From positions 44,037,660 through 44,095,105 of the forward strand of contig NC_068991.1 in NCBI RefSeq assembly GCF_001194135.2: a DNA stretch of 57,446 nt. The letters run 5' to 3'. Positions 13,928-25,300 of the stretch are shown piece by piece (within the stretch, counting starts at the first letter, position 1; every line of letters starts with the position of its first letter). The DNA is from Octopus bimaculoides. Its lineage: Eukaryota. The position numbers were made by a program, and so were the translations under genes. The notes beneath the pieces were generated by a model. The model was not told where the DNA came from. It saw only the letters and a program-made list of their open reading frames with translations, and searched no databases.

Positions 13928-14605
13928 NNNNNNNNNNNNNNNNNNNNNNNNNNNNNNNNNNNNNNNNNNNNNNNNNNNNNNNNNNNNNNNNNNNNNNNNN
14001 NNNNNNNNNNNNNNNNNNNNNNNNNNNNNNNNNNNNNNNNNNNNNNNNNNNNNNNNNNNNNNNNNNNNNNNNNNNNNNNNNNNNNNNNNNNNNNNNNNNN
14101 NNNNNNNNNNNNNNNNNNNNNNNNNNNNNNNNNNNNNNNNNNNNNNNNNNNNNNNNNNNNNNNNNNNNNNNNNNNNNNNNNNNNNNNNNNNNNNNNNNNN
14201 NNNNNNNNNNNNNNNNNNNNNNNNNNNNNNNNNNNNNNNNNNNNNNNNNNNNNNNNNNNNNNNNNNNNNNNNNNNNNNNNNNNNNNNNNNNNNNNNNNNN
14301 NNNNNNNNNNNNNNNNNNNNNNNNNNNNNNNNNNNNNNNNNNNNNNNNNNNNNNNNNNNNNNNNNNNNNNNNNNNNNNNNNNNNNNNNNNNNNNNNNNNN
14401 NNNNNNNNNNNNNNNNNNNNNNNNNNNNNNNNNNNNNNNNNNNNNNNNNNNNNNNNNNNNNNNNNNNNNNNNNNNNNNNNNNNNNNNNNNNNNNNNNNNN
14501 NNNNNNNNNNNNNNNNNNNNNNNNNNNNNNNNNNNNNNNNNNNNNNNNNNNNNNNNNNNNNNNNNNNNNNNNNNNNNNNNNNNNNNNNNNNNNNNNNNNN
14601 NNNNN
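13928..14605. other. Assembly gap. Other gaps: 13049-13058, 15251-15620, 16610-17011, 23008-23113, 23367-23376, 42291-42300, 46660-46805, 48542-49282, 54262-54732
   Basis: Runs of N, mostly abutting (AT)n or (CT)n arrays. Confidence 1.
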
Positions 14606-14970
14606 ATGACCTCACACTGCAAAGATCACATCACAGAAGATCGAAGAGCTTGGTTGGGAAAAAATCCCTCATCCACCTTATTATCCCGACCTTCCTCCTT
14701 CAGACTACCATTTGTTTCGTAGTTTACAGAATCATTTGGGGGGACATATCTTTCGCAAATCAGGAGGTCGAAACTGACATTTCAGAGTTCTTTGCTTTGA
14801 AACCAAAAGAGTTTTACATTGATGGGATTAAAAAGCTTGTAAATAGATGGAAGGAAGTCATAGATAATCAGGGAAAGTACATTGATGATTAAATTTCAAT
14901 TAAATATAACATTTGATCACTTGTTTTCTTTATTCAAAATTCAGACAGAACTGATGGGATGACATGATAT
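14606..14970 (+). mobile_element. Mariner transposase 3' part from a second subfamily, starting at an assembly gap
   Basis: PHTAKITSQKIEELGWEKIPHPPYYPDLPPSDYHLFRSLQNHLGG, then FYIDGIKKLVNRWKEVIDNQGKYIDD*. Confidence 0.9.
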
Positions 14971-15108
14971 ATGTGTGTGTGTGTGTATGTATATATGTAT
15001 ATGTGTGTGTATGTATATATATGTATATGTGTGTGTGTGTGTGTGTGTATACATATAAGAGGAATGACCACTAGGTGGACTCTACATATGTGTGTGTATG
15101 TGTATATA

Positions 15109-15235
15109 CAGGGTGTCCACAAAGTCTGGCTACATGGAGTAAATAAAATCATAACATAAACAATTAAATATAAGAAATAATAATTTCTTAAAGTATGTGT
15201 CAATCACCATGTACCCAGACTTTGCGGACACCCTG
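15109..15235. mobile_element. 127-bp Tc1/mariner-type MITE
   Basis: TIRs CAGGGTGTCCACAAAGTCTGGCTACATGG and CCATGTACCCAGACTTTGCGGACACCCTG (29 bp, 2 mismatches), flanked by TA. Confidence 0.9.
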
Positions 15236-17035
15236 TATATATATATATATNNNNNNNNNNNNNNNNNNNNNNNNNNNNNNNNNNNNNNNNNNNNNNNNNN
15301 NNNNNNNNNNNNNNNNNNNNNNNNNNNNNNNNNNNNNNNNNNNNNNNNNNNNNNNNNNNNNNNNNNNNNNNNNNNNNNNNNNNNNNNNNNNNNNNNNNNN
15401 NNNNNNNNNNNNNNNNNNNNNNNNNNNNNNNNNNNNNNNNNNNNNNNNNNNNNNNNNNNNNNNNNNNNNNNNNNNNNNNNNNNNNNNNNNNNNNNNNNNN
15501 NNNNNNNNNNNNNNNNNNNNNNNNNNNNNNNNNNNNNNNNNNNNNNNNNNNNNNNNNNNNNNNNNNNNNNNNNNNNNNNNNNNNNNNNNNNNNNNNNNNN
15601 NNNNNNNNNNNNNNNNNNNNAAGAAAACACATCTCGACTATGCTGCTGTTTCACAGACAAGTGAATCAAGCAAGAATTTAAAATCTAATTGGAGGGATAG
15701 TAGTAATTTCAAATTTAGAGGAAGGCAGGTTAAGTAGTGGTGGACAGCAGGTTAGGGGTAAATCAAGCATGAGAGAAAGAAAAAAAAAAGGGGGAAATGG
15801 ATGGGCAATACCTTAAGGAGTGGTAAGAATTTGGAAAAAATTTGAGGTAAGGGAATTAAGGTCAAGGTATTAAAGAAATATATCTATTCTACAGTATAAA
15901 TAGAATAATATAATGAAGCACTGAACTACTAAGTTCAAAACTATAGGGAACAATAATAATTAGAACAAGATAAACATAACCATAAACATAAGATATAAAT
16001 TAATGTGGGGTGGTATTATTTATGGGTAAAACTATAATATTAATGGCCAAAATCCAAACAGAAAGAAAGGGAGGAAGAGGAAAACAAAGGTGGAGGAATA
16101 GAGTTAGATAAACAGGACTAAATTAAGAGAAATAAAGCTAAGGTTTTCGAAAAAGACTCAGAATAACTTAGAGAAAATGTAGGACTAATATCAGTGGGTT
16201 GGGAAAGGTTAAAAAATATTCTAAGTATATATTAAAAGTCATACCTCAAATAAAATAGTAATTAGTCAGGGAAATGAGAGAAACTAAATTTTAAAATTTA
16301 GTAAGATTTACTTTTTAAAGAATATTTACTTTTTAAAATATTTAAAGGTGCGGGAGTAACAATGCACACATAGAACCCTAAGGTCAGATCTATTGTTAAT
16401 TAGATTAGGGTTATCCTTAAGTTTAAAAATTTCGTAAAAATTTCCATAGAGCACAGTCCACAGCCATATCTACTATTTCTATAAGGTTGTGCTCTCCTGA
16501 TGATTTCCCATTTAAAATTAAAATCAATACTATTTTCCTTCAATTCCCAAATTTTATTAGATAATGATGTGCTATTGAAATTCCTTTATGCAGCTGAGGA
16601 GTACATTTTNNNNNNNNNNNNNNNNNNNNNNNNNNNNNNNNNNNNNNNNNNNNNNNNNNNNNNNNNNNNNNNNNNNNNNNNNNNNNNNNNNNNNNNNNNN
16701 NNNNNNNNNNNNNNNNNNNNNNNNNNNNNNNNNNNNNNNNNNNNNNNNNNNNNNNNNNNNNNNNNNNNNNNNNNNNNNNNNNNNNNNNNNNNNNNNNNNN
16801 NNNNNNNNNNNNNNNNNNNNNNNNNNNNNNNNNNNNNNNNNNNNNNNNNNNNNNNNNNNNNNNNNNNNNNNNNNNNNNNNNNNNNNNNNNNNNNNNNNNN
16901 NNNNNNNNNNNNNNNNNNNNNNNNNNNNNNNNNNNNNNNNNNNNNNNNNNNNNNNNNNNNNNNNNNNNNNNNNNNNNNNNNNNNNNNNNNNNNNNNNNNN
17001 NNNNNNNNNNNTATATATATATATATATATATATG

Positions 17036-17300
17036 TAGTGTGTGTGGTTAAGATGTTTGCTTTCCAGCCACATGATTTCAGGTTCAGTCCCACTGTGTGA
17101 GACCTTGGTCAATTGTCTTCTACTAGAGCCCTGACCCAACCAAAGCCTTGTGAGTGGATTCAGTAGTTGGAAACTGAAAGAAACCTATTGTGTGTGTGTG
17201 CATGTGTGCATGTGTCTACATATATGTGTGTGAGTGTGTGCATGTATGTTTGTGTTTCCTTTCCTTGACATCACATGATAGTTGTAATTGAGTGTGACTA
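17036..17300 (+). mobile_element. SINE family A variant ending ~70 bp upstream of the XRCC3 exon
   Basis: Head and body match 6158-6310. Confidence 0.75.
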
Positions 17301-17370
17301 TTATACAGTGTCATACATTTAAAATATTCTGCAAAATCATATCTGACCATGGTTATCAATATCATTACAG

Positions 17371-17522
17371 ATACAATATACATTTGCACAGAAGATGCTT
17401 TCCCAACCAAACGCTTCACCCAGCTGATTGAAGCATGGCGTCAAAAAGGAATATGGAAGAAACTTTCTGATGGCTGTTTACAACCTGGGGACCATGTTTA
17501 CATTGAACACGTCCCTGATGTG
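17371..17522 (+). CDS. XRCC3: XRCC3 internal coding exon (phase 1 to phase 0), post-Walker-A region
   Basis: Acceptor cattacAG at 17369-70 and donor GTGAGT at 17523. Translates TIYICTEDAFPTKRFTQLIEAWRQKGIWKKLSDGCLQPGDHVYIEHVPDV, matching the recalled XRCC3 motifs YICTEDAFPxKR and IEHVxDV. Confidence 0.93.
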
Positions 17523-18035
17523 GTGAGTAAACAGCTACAAAATGTTAAAGCCTTAAATCCATAATTGCAGGTAGGCACTCACCCTTAACCACAGCATACC
17601 AGCAACAGCATTAGTGCAATCAGGATCACCTTCATTATAATCATTTACATTATAAGTTAAATGTTTTTTGTTGCTTTTTTTTTTTCAATGTTCGTTTGGA
17701 TTAGCAAGATCTGTTATGTAGAGTATTTCCATTGTATCTCAATTTTATGTTTCTGACATACCTGTGTTCTCAAAAATGCTGACAGTTTTATTAATGATAG
17801 AAAACAGCACTTGAAAACAATGGGAGAAACCATTGATAAATGTTAGCAATTGAGTAAATATATGTACATGCACAGAATTGAAGCAATTGAACTTTCAGAT
17901 ATGGTTGTAATGTCTTCATTGAAAATATTATCATCTATGTAATATATATATATATTTATATTTTAAAAAGGCAGTGCTCCAGCATGGCCACAGTCAAAAG
18001 ACTGAAACAAGTAAAAGAGTATATATATATGTCTA

Positions 18036-18074
<39 letters not shown>

Positions 18075-18683
18075 TTATCTGTCTGTCTGTCTATTATATA
18101 TATATATATATATATATGTATATACCACATCCTTGCATTGTTGTTTTTCCTTGTGTTTTTTCTTCATTTTTTTATTTATTAATTATATATATATGTATAC
18201 TGGCAGAAAGACCACCCTCCAGGTGGTTTTCTGTTAGCCACATGATAATATTTTCACATTTAATTCTCAATTCTAATAATTTTTATGATATTGTCCGCTG
18301 TTGTGCCTTTGCTGCTAAATGTTCTTTTACAGTCGTATATTTTGGCATTCTTTCGATTGAACCCTCAGAAATGTCAAAACAAACAGCTGTTTTGTTCGTT
18401 AATTTCTGTAAAAAAATTTTATTTATTTACTTTTGTTTTAAAATGAGAGGAGAAAGTGAAAGTTGTATGTACATGTATATGAAATGGACATGTGTGAGAG
18501 AGAGAGAGAGAGAGAATGAGTGAATGCCACTTAGACATCACTCATTCTCTCTCTATTTCTCTCTCTCACGCACACACATGCACACATACATACAAAAAAG
18601 ATGTATTTATGTATGTATACATGACAACACACCCCTTCACTCACTCTCTCTCTCTGTCACACACTCTCTCTCTCTGTCACACA

Positions 18684-18724
<41 letters not shown>

Positions 18725-19635
18725 ATAAATGTATACAAATGTACATACAAAAGCACACATGTACATGTGTTACTGACTACAAATACATAGAGCTGAACAT
18801 GGCACACAAAAAGTAAATAAATAAAAAAAATTTACAGAAATTAAAGAAGTGTGCAGATTCAAGCAAAAGAATGCCCATATTTTTTGGGACGCCCCTTGTT
18901 CAATTGCAAAATTCTAATGTGATATTTGTGTAATAATGAAATCAAACCTGGAGTGTGTGTGTTTATATTACAGAGACAGTGTATGTGACAGAAAGGCGGG
19001 GAGAGAACATTGCAAACAATGAATGAAATAAACATGAAATGAAAAGATCATATAAATAAAAGCTCATTAAAAACTATCTTGTACCGAATATTTAAATCTG
19101 TGAACTTGAAATATTCAATAATAAAAGGAAGTTCAGAAAGTAAATTTTCTTGAAAATATCAATTTATAAAAGATCTCACTTGCTAAGTAAATATTTCTTT
19201 CAGTAATTTATTGTAGTTGATTGCAAATAGCGAAAGAAAACTGGAAATGAAAACATTAAATAGAAGTGAGAGGCTTCGCAAATGAAAACAAAAAATTTCA
19301 CCTGCTACAGTTGCTATTTCAATACTGGAAGTTGACATTGAAAAGCCTTTTTAAAGTGAATCATATATATAAAGCAATATTATTTATTCTTAAAAAAATA
19401 AAATGAAGACCCTATCATGTATCTGGTGTCAAATTATTCATGCATCCTAAGTATGGAACCAATTCACGCGGCTGTTGTCTCATGAAAAGCAAATACACAC
19501 ACACACAGGTCTAGTCTATATATAAGATATATATTAAAGGAAAAGGAAAACAAAACCAAGGCAGGATGAGCATCTCATGTCATTTAGAATATTTAATTAA
19601 AGTGAATCAAAAAAGGAGAAGTAGAAGTAATTAAT

Positions 19636-19957
19636 GTCTTACAGCTGTTTCTTATTTCTTTATTGCCCACAAGGTGCTAAACATAGAGGGGACAAACAAG
19701 GACAGACAAAGGGATTAAGTCGATTACTTCGACCCCAGTGCGTAATTGGTACTTAATTTATCGACCCCGAAAGGATGAAAGGCAAAGTTGACCTCGGTGG
19801 AATTTGAACTCAGAATGTAACGGCAGACGAAATACCGCTAAGCATTTCGCCCGGCGTGCTAACGTTTCTGCCAGCTCACTGCCTTACAGCTGTTTCTGGA
19901 ATATCCCAGGTAATGGGTCAACACCCCTGTACACTAGGTATTCCATCATCTGAGACA
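19636..19957 (-). ncRNA. Degenerate minimal hammerhead ribozyme motif interrupted by a SINE
   Basis: The empty site reads gtct-CAGATGA-tggaata...tattcca-GAAAC-AGCT-GTA-agac. Stems I and II pair; one core substitution (CUGA to CAGA). Confidence 0.6.
19653..19882 (-). mobile_element. SINE family E with a 15-bp target-site duplication
   Basis: CTTACAGCTGTTTCT at 19638-19652 and 19883-19897. Core atcgaccccgaaaggatgaaaggcaaagttgacctcgg.ggaatttgaactc. Related copies at ~30440-30635 (+) and ~44488-44585 (-). Confidence 0.85.
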
Positions 19958-20417
19958 AGGTGTGTATGTAGGAAAGTTCCATACTGTACTTTCTATGCAT
20001 TTTGATCAAATCCTCAACGATTTAACACAGTATCTCCTAACAACAATGTAAACTTCATGTAATCAAGGTATCCTTGGCCTAAAGAGTAGCTTGTGGTCTA
20101 CCCCTCATTTGGATAATTTACTACTTCTGAGGTTCTGCTAGCTATGAAACATATGTAACCTGGATTTTATCTATCCCATTCCCTAATTATTCGCAAATAC
20201 AACCCCTGTTGCTAATCATGAACTATAAAACTAACTTTTTTCAGCTTATCATACTTTGATACAGGAAAAATTCACAACCTTCTGCACCAATAAACCACTA
20301 TCGTTTCTGAAAGTTGTTTTTTATATCTTCTACAGATTGCTTGAAACTCACTAACATCCTACATCTTGATCCTTAGATCTTACCTTTATATATACATATA
20401 TATATATATGTGTGATA

Positions 20418-20715
20418 GTGAGGGCACATGGCCTAGTGGTTCAGCTATTACACTCACAATCACCAGATCATGGTTTCAATTCCTTGACTGGGAAGTGCAT
20501 TGTGTTCTTGAACAAAACACTTCATCTGGTGTTGCTCTGCAAACACTTTGACACCTGACACATAGTACACCATGCACCTGTTCAGGCAACATCAGTTTGG
20601 TGGATAGACTGAGCTAATGTACAGCACATACATTTGATCACTATCAACAAATCATTTGTGCAGATCATTCAGCAAAAGCTGAACACTCATATGTCATCTT
20701 TGACAGGAGATTCTG
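20418..20715 (+). mobile_element. tRNA-headed SINE, family B. Further copies at ~43955-44310 (-), ~46185-46445 (+) and ~53065-53290 (+)
   Basis: Head catggcctagtggtt...ctcacaatc...ggtttcaattcc, then tgtgttcttga.caa.acac. Confidence 0.75.
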
Positions 20716-21408
20716 CTGCTTTTCCATACTTGCTTGCATCAGACAGATTTTGTATAACTCGATGTCATTTCCATCACCAACCTTCTTTTATTTCTAAGTA
20801 AGGTAATATTTCACCATGCCCAGACATGATAAAGTGGAATATTGGAAACAAAGAACAACTCTTGCGTGACAATGACACTTGCTTACAACTCCTGCCCAAT
20901 GTCAAGGCAAGGAGATAGTAAAAGAAATGCATGCACATACACACATGGGCATGCACACACACGCACACATACACACATCTGTACACATCAAGTGGATCAT
21001 TGGTGTAACAGTGTTGTTGCATGTTGTGTGTATGTGTGCATGTGCACACCCATGTTTATGTAGGGTGTGCATAGACATCAGTCACTCATACTTATGCACT
21101 CATGCATCTAGTACACACATACATACGCTCTGTAATTTCCTATGTTTGCCTCCAATGGGTGTGCACGCACACATACACACACACATATTTATGTACATAT
21201 AATTCTCTCTTTCTTTCTCCCTTTCACACTACCAAACCTCAGTCCAGTGCCAATCATCCTCTCCCCATCCCACAGAAATGTTATTGCAGTTGTACTAACA
21301 TACATCTGTCGTGCCAAAAGCCTGCATATTTATATATGTGTACACACACAGGCATGCACACATATATGTCCTTCCAGACACATACACATTCATACATTCA
21401 CATATAAA

Positions 21409-22342
21409 TCATCATCATCCTTCTACTAACCTATGGTTGGTCAGAACTCCATTGACAATCCCTTTCCATACTACACGATCCAGCATTGCTGTGTTCAGAT
21501 CTCTAATATGCAGCCCTGAGTCCCAAGATATAGTAACTGGAAATATCAGTTTCCTGGAGAAAACACTTCCAGAGGGATGCCATAGGAGCAGGGATGAGAT
21601 AGCCTCTTTCTCTGCTCAATGATAGTGGCCAGCAAATTGTAGCCATTTCTGCTTTAGCTTGAGGGATATTGGTATCAGATGCCTGAAACAGATTGTCCAT
21701 CAGCCGCTGCTGATTCTTCTGATTCAGTGTGCAGAGCTTCTCAATCTCAACTTACTCTTCTCAACCTACTCTTCCAAAACTTTCATCAAGAAGAACGTTC
21801 AGAGTCACAAGAATAACCACATTGTGAAGACACGCAAGATAGCTGCCAATGTTTCTACACCATCATACAAAGGGTGTAATGGTGTAGAATCTTTGTTACA
21901 AGTACTGGAGAAAGCAGCAAACCAGGTCGGCCTTTACTGCAACAAGAGTAACACAGAGTTTATCACAACCTCCTCCGAGTTAACTGAACTTAAATCACTC
22001 AATAATATATCAATCAAAAACGTTGACGACTTCAGATATCTTGGATCACACATAGTAGATTCCTAAAAGGCCTTTTGCTTCCGCAAAACTCATACTTGGG
22101 ATGCATGTAACAGACTTGATAAGATCTGACACTCAAACCCTCCACCCACGTTAAAAGTTAAGATATTGACAATACTGATTGAGCTGGTCCTTTTCTGTGG
22201 ATTAGAGTCCTGGACCTTATCGGCTCTCTTAGAAAAACAACTAGATGGAACATACAAAATCTGCTCAGAAAGATACAGAATATCTGTTGGAGATTACACC
22301 CAACACTTAGTAACATCTACGGAAATCTGATACCAATATCCC
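21409..22342 (-). mobile_element. RTE-like LINE remnant with an inverted 5' segment
   Basis: Minus-strand 3' end LQFAGHY...LLLWHPSG...DLNTAMLDR with a (GAT)n tail at 21409-21420. Plus-strand segment ~21875-22342 gives LEKAANQVGL...FRYLGSHI...ESWTL...LDGTY. Confidence 0.8.
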
Positions 22343-25300
22343 ACATATAAATACAAGAATATACATACATTCACCAATCATCCATACATACATACACCCA
22401 TAAATGAATCCTAAACACGTTTATGCGCACATGTGTATACAGCAGGTACTAATGCACATGCATTCACACACACACTCATACAACTGATATAGACACAGCT
22501 GATATACATGTACACCTACATGTTTGTGCATGCAAGAACTCACATGCATACTGATATGCACTTGCAACCATACATACACACACCCTAGCAAACATGCACA
22601 TATGCACCAAAGAGCTGATGCCATCAGCTCCCACCCACACATGAGCACCCTCACACACACTCACCCACACACACACACACACACTCACACACACAGACAT
22701 CAGACAACCATAGCCACACACATACTCATATATCTGGTATACACATAGACAGCCCCGCAAGCCATGTTTCTGCTGGCCTGCAAGTTCCTTGCAAAACCAC
22801 CCAGACACCGAGATGCCACCAGCTTTCTGTCAAGCCATGCAGGCCAAGATATTCTTTTTAATGCATCTGGTGTCACTGAAATGTCAATCTCATTCTTAAC
22901 AGCATTATGTAACCTACTTTGACCAATGGCAGCTCAGTATATATGTATATAAATATATATGTATATAAATATATATGTATATAAATATATATGTATGTGT
23001 ATATATANNNNNNNNNNNNNNNNNNNNNNNNNNNNNNNNNNNNNNNNNNNNNNNNNNNNNNNNNNNNNNNNNNNNNNNNNNNNNNNNNNNNNNNNNNNNN
23101 NNNNNNNNNNNNNCTTATGGCAGGGACATAAGAAATAACAGGCATAGGGAGGGATATAGATGTTGCACGGATGGTAGTCAAACCAAGAAAGAAAGGTCAG
23201 GCTTGGCTGAACACTGGTCACATGGAGAAAGAGAGAGAGGTAGAGGCAGAGAGATAGAAGAATTAGGGAGGGAAGAGAAAAAAAGAAAAAGGGATAGAGT
23301 GAAGTGTAAGAGGAGAGAAGGTGAGAATGAAGAGAAAGCCAGGAAATGTGAGAGAAGGGGAATGAANNNNNNNNNNAAATGGAATACCAAAAATGATACA
23401 AGAATGCAAAACATTCAGACAGTTAGAGGATACAAAAAATGGACAACAAAACATCCAGACAGACAATACAAAAAAACAAGGACAGGTCATTCGGAGTTTT
23501 CTTTCTTCAGTCAAGTTCCAGATTATCTTTGCAACATTGGCTGGTTATACTCGAGATTGCTCCAATCTGGTCAGCCCCAAGGAAAAACTAAACTAAAAGC
23601 ACTAGATTCCTTGGAAGAAAGCAGCAAATGTATACGAAAACAAGGACGGAAAAAACGGAGAAATGGTACACAAATACAAATGCAAATAAAGGACATTAAC
23701 AACAGGTGTCTTTCAACTAAGGATGAATTAAATTAAGCTGGTGTGTGTGGAAGTGAAGCCTTATGGCAGGGACATAAGAAATAACAGGCATAGGGAGGGA
23801 TATAGATGTTGCACGGATGGTAGTCAAACCAAGAAAGAAAGGTCAGGCTTGGCTGAACACTGGTCACATGGAGAAAGAGAGAGAGGTAGAGGCAGAGAGA
23901 TAGAAGAATTAGGGAGGGAAGAGAAAAAAAGAAAAAGGGATAGAGTGAAGTGTAAGAGGAGAGAAGGTGAGAATGAAGAGAAAGCCAGGAAATGTGAGAG
24001 AAGGGGAATGAAAGAAAGAAGAGAGGAAAGAATGAAGTAAGTGTGAAGAGGCTGATAGAAAGAAGGAAAGAATGAAAGAATAACAGAGCCGTACAAAATT
24101 TATATATATATATATATATGTACTTACATACACACACACACACACACACGTATGTAACTACCTACTTAAATACATACATGCATACATATATATGATGGGC
24201 TTCTTTCAGTTTCCATCTACCAAATATATTCACATGTCCTTGGTTGGCCACAGTGTATTGTTTCAGTTATTAGACTGCAGCTATGTAATATAGGGGTTTT
24301 AGTTGAATGAAACAATCCTAGTACTTATTTTTTAAGTCTGATACTTATTCTAGCTCTTGTTGGTGTTATTTACATTCCAATGAAGGAGTTTTGAGTCTAG
24401 GTTAGAAACCAGCTCTATCTCTATTGGCAAGAAATCTCAAAATAAAGCTGAATAACTAACATACATACTAAACAGAAGAAAGATGCTAGCTGCCAGAGGT
24501 ACATAGATGTTGAGCCATTTCACACTATTTTATGTCTGTTTTTCATGCTGGCATGAGCTGCATTTGATAAAGAATGAATGTCACAACTCCAGTTTCTACT
24601 CTCTTATATGAAGGCTTCTTTGTAAATTACAGGGTCTGTGTTATTTCTTAATACTATGTTATTTCTTAATAATAAGTAATACTATTACTTATTATCATCT
24701 AAAACTAACAACTCTTGTCTCCATGCTTCAGTTCAGATTTTCACAATTGTCATGACTTGCACCTGAAGCTAGAAAGTTGAAACTAAATTCTCATTTTTAA
24801 CAGTCTTGTACAGCTTTCCAGCATTCTGACATTATTTTTGAACTGGATGATGATAAAGCAATAGTTTAGCATCACCATTGGCTTCATCATCATTTCTAGC
24901 ATCATTGACAAAAGCATCTATCATTTTTATCAATATAATCTAATTTTTACCTTTACTTGTTCTATGCTGGTTTGATGGGTTAGAGAAGACTTGTTGAGAC
25001 AGTATTCTATGGTCAGATATCCTTCCTATTTATAACCCTTGTTTCCACGTTAAAGTTTTTATTCCCTCATATTTTCAAACATTGAATTGCTCAGTAGACA
25101 GACATGTCTACCAGCCCTTGCTATCATTTCATCTCTTACATTTAATCCTTATATGTGCCTCCCCCTCTCTTTCTCTCTTACACACACACATACACAATTA
25201 CACAGTTCTTTAGAGTATGTTAGTCAAAGCATACACAGCATATCAGATGTGACAAATATTATGGTAAATAAACTCTTACTGGTTCCAGTATTAGCTTCTG

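Noticed and set aside
16492-16605. CTGATGA followed distantly by CAGCTG-AGGAG
   Set aside because: No convincing stem II or GAAAC.
23481-23515. Hammerhead-like CTGAAGA...CGAAT...GTC on the minus strand
   Set aside because: GAAA is broken, stem II is only 2-3 bp and stem I does not pair, so it is too weak to call.
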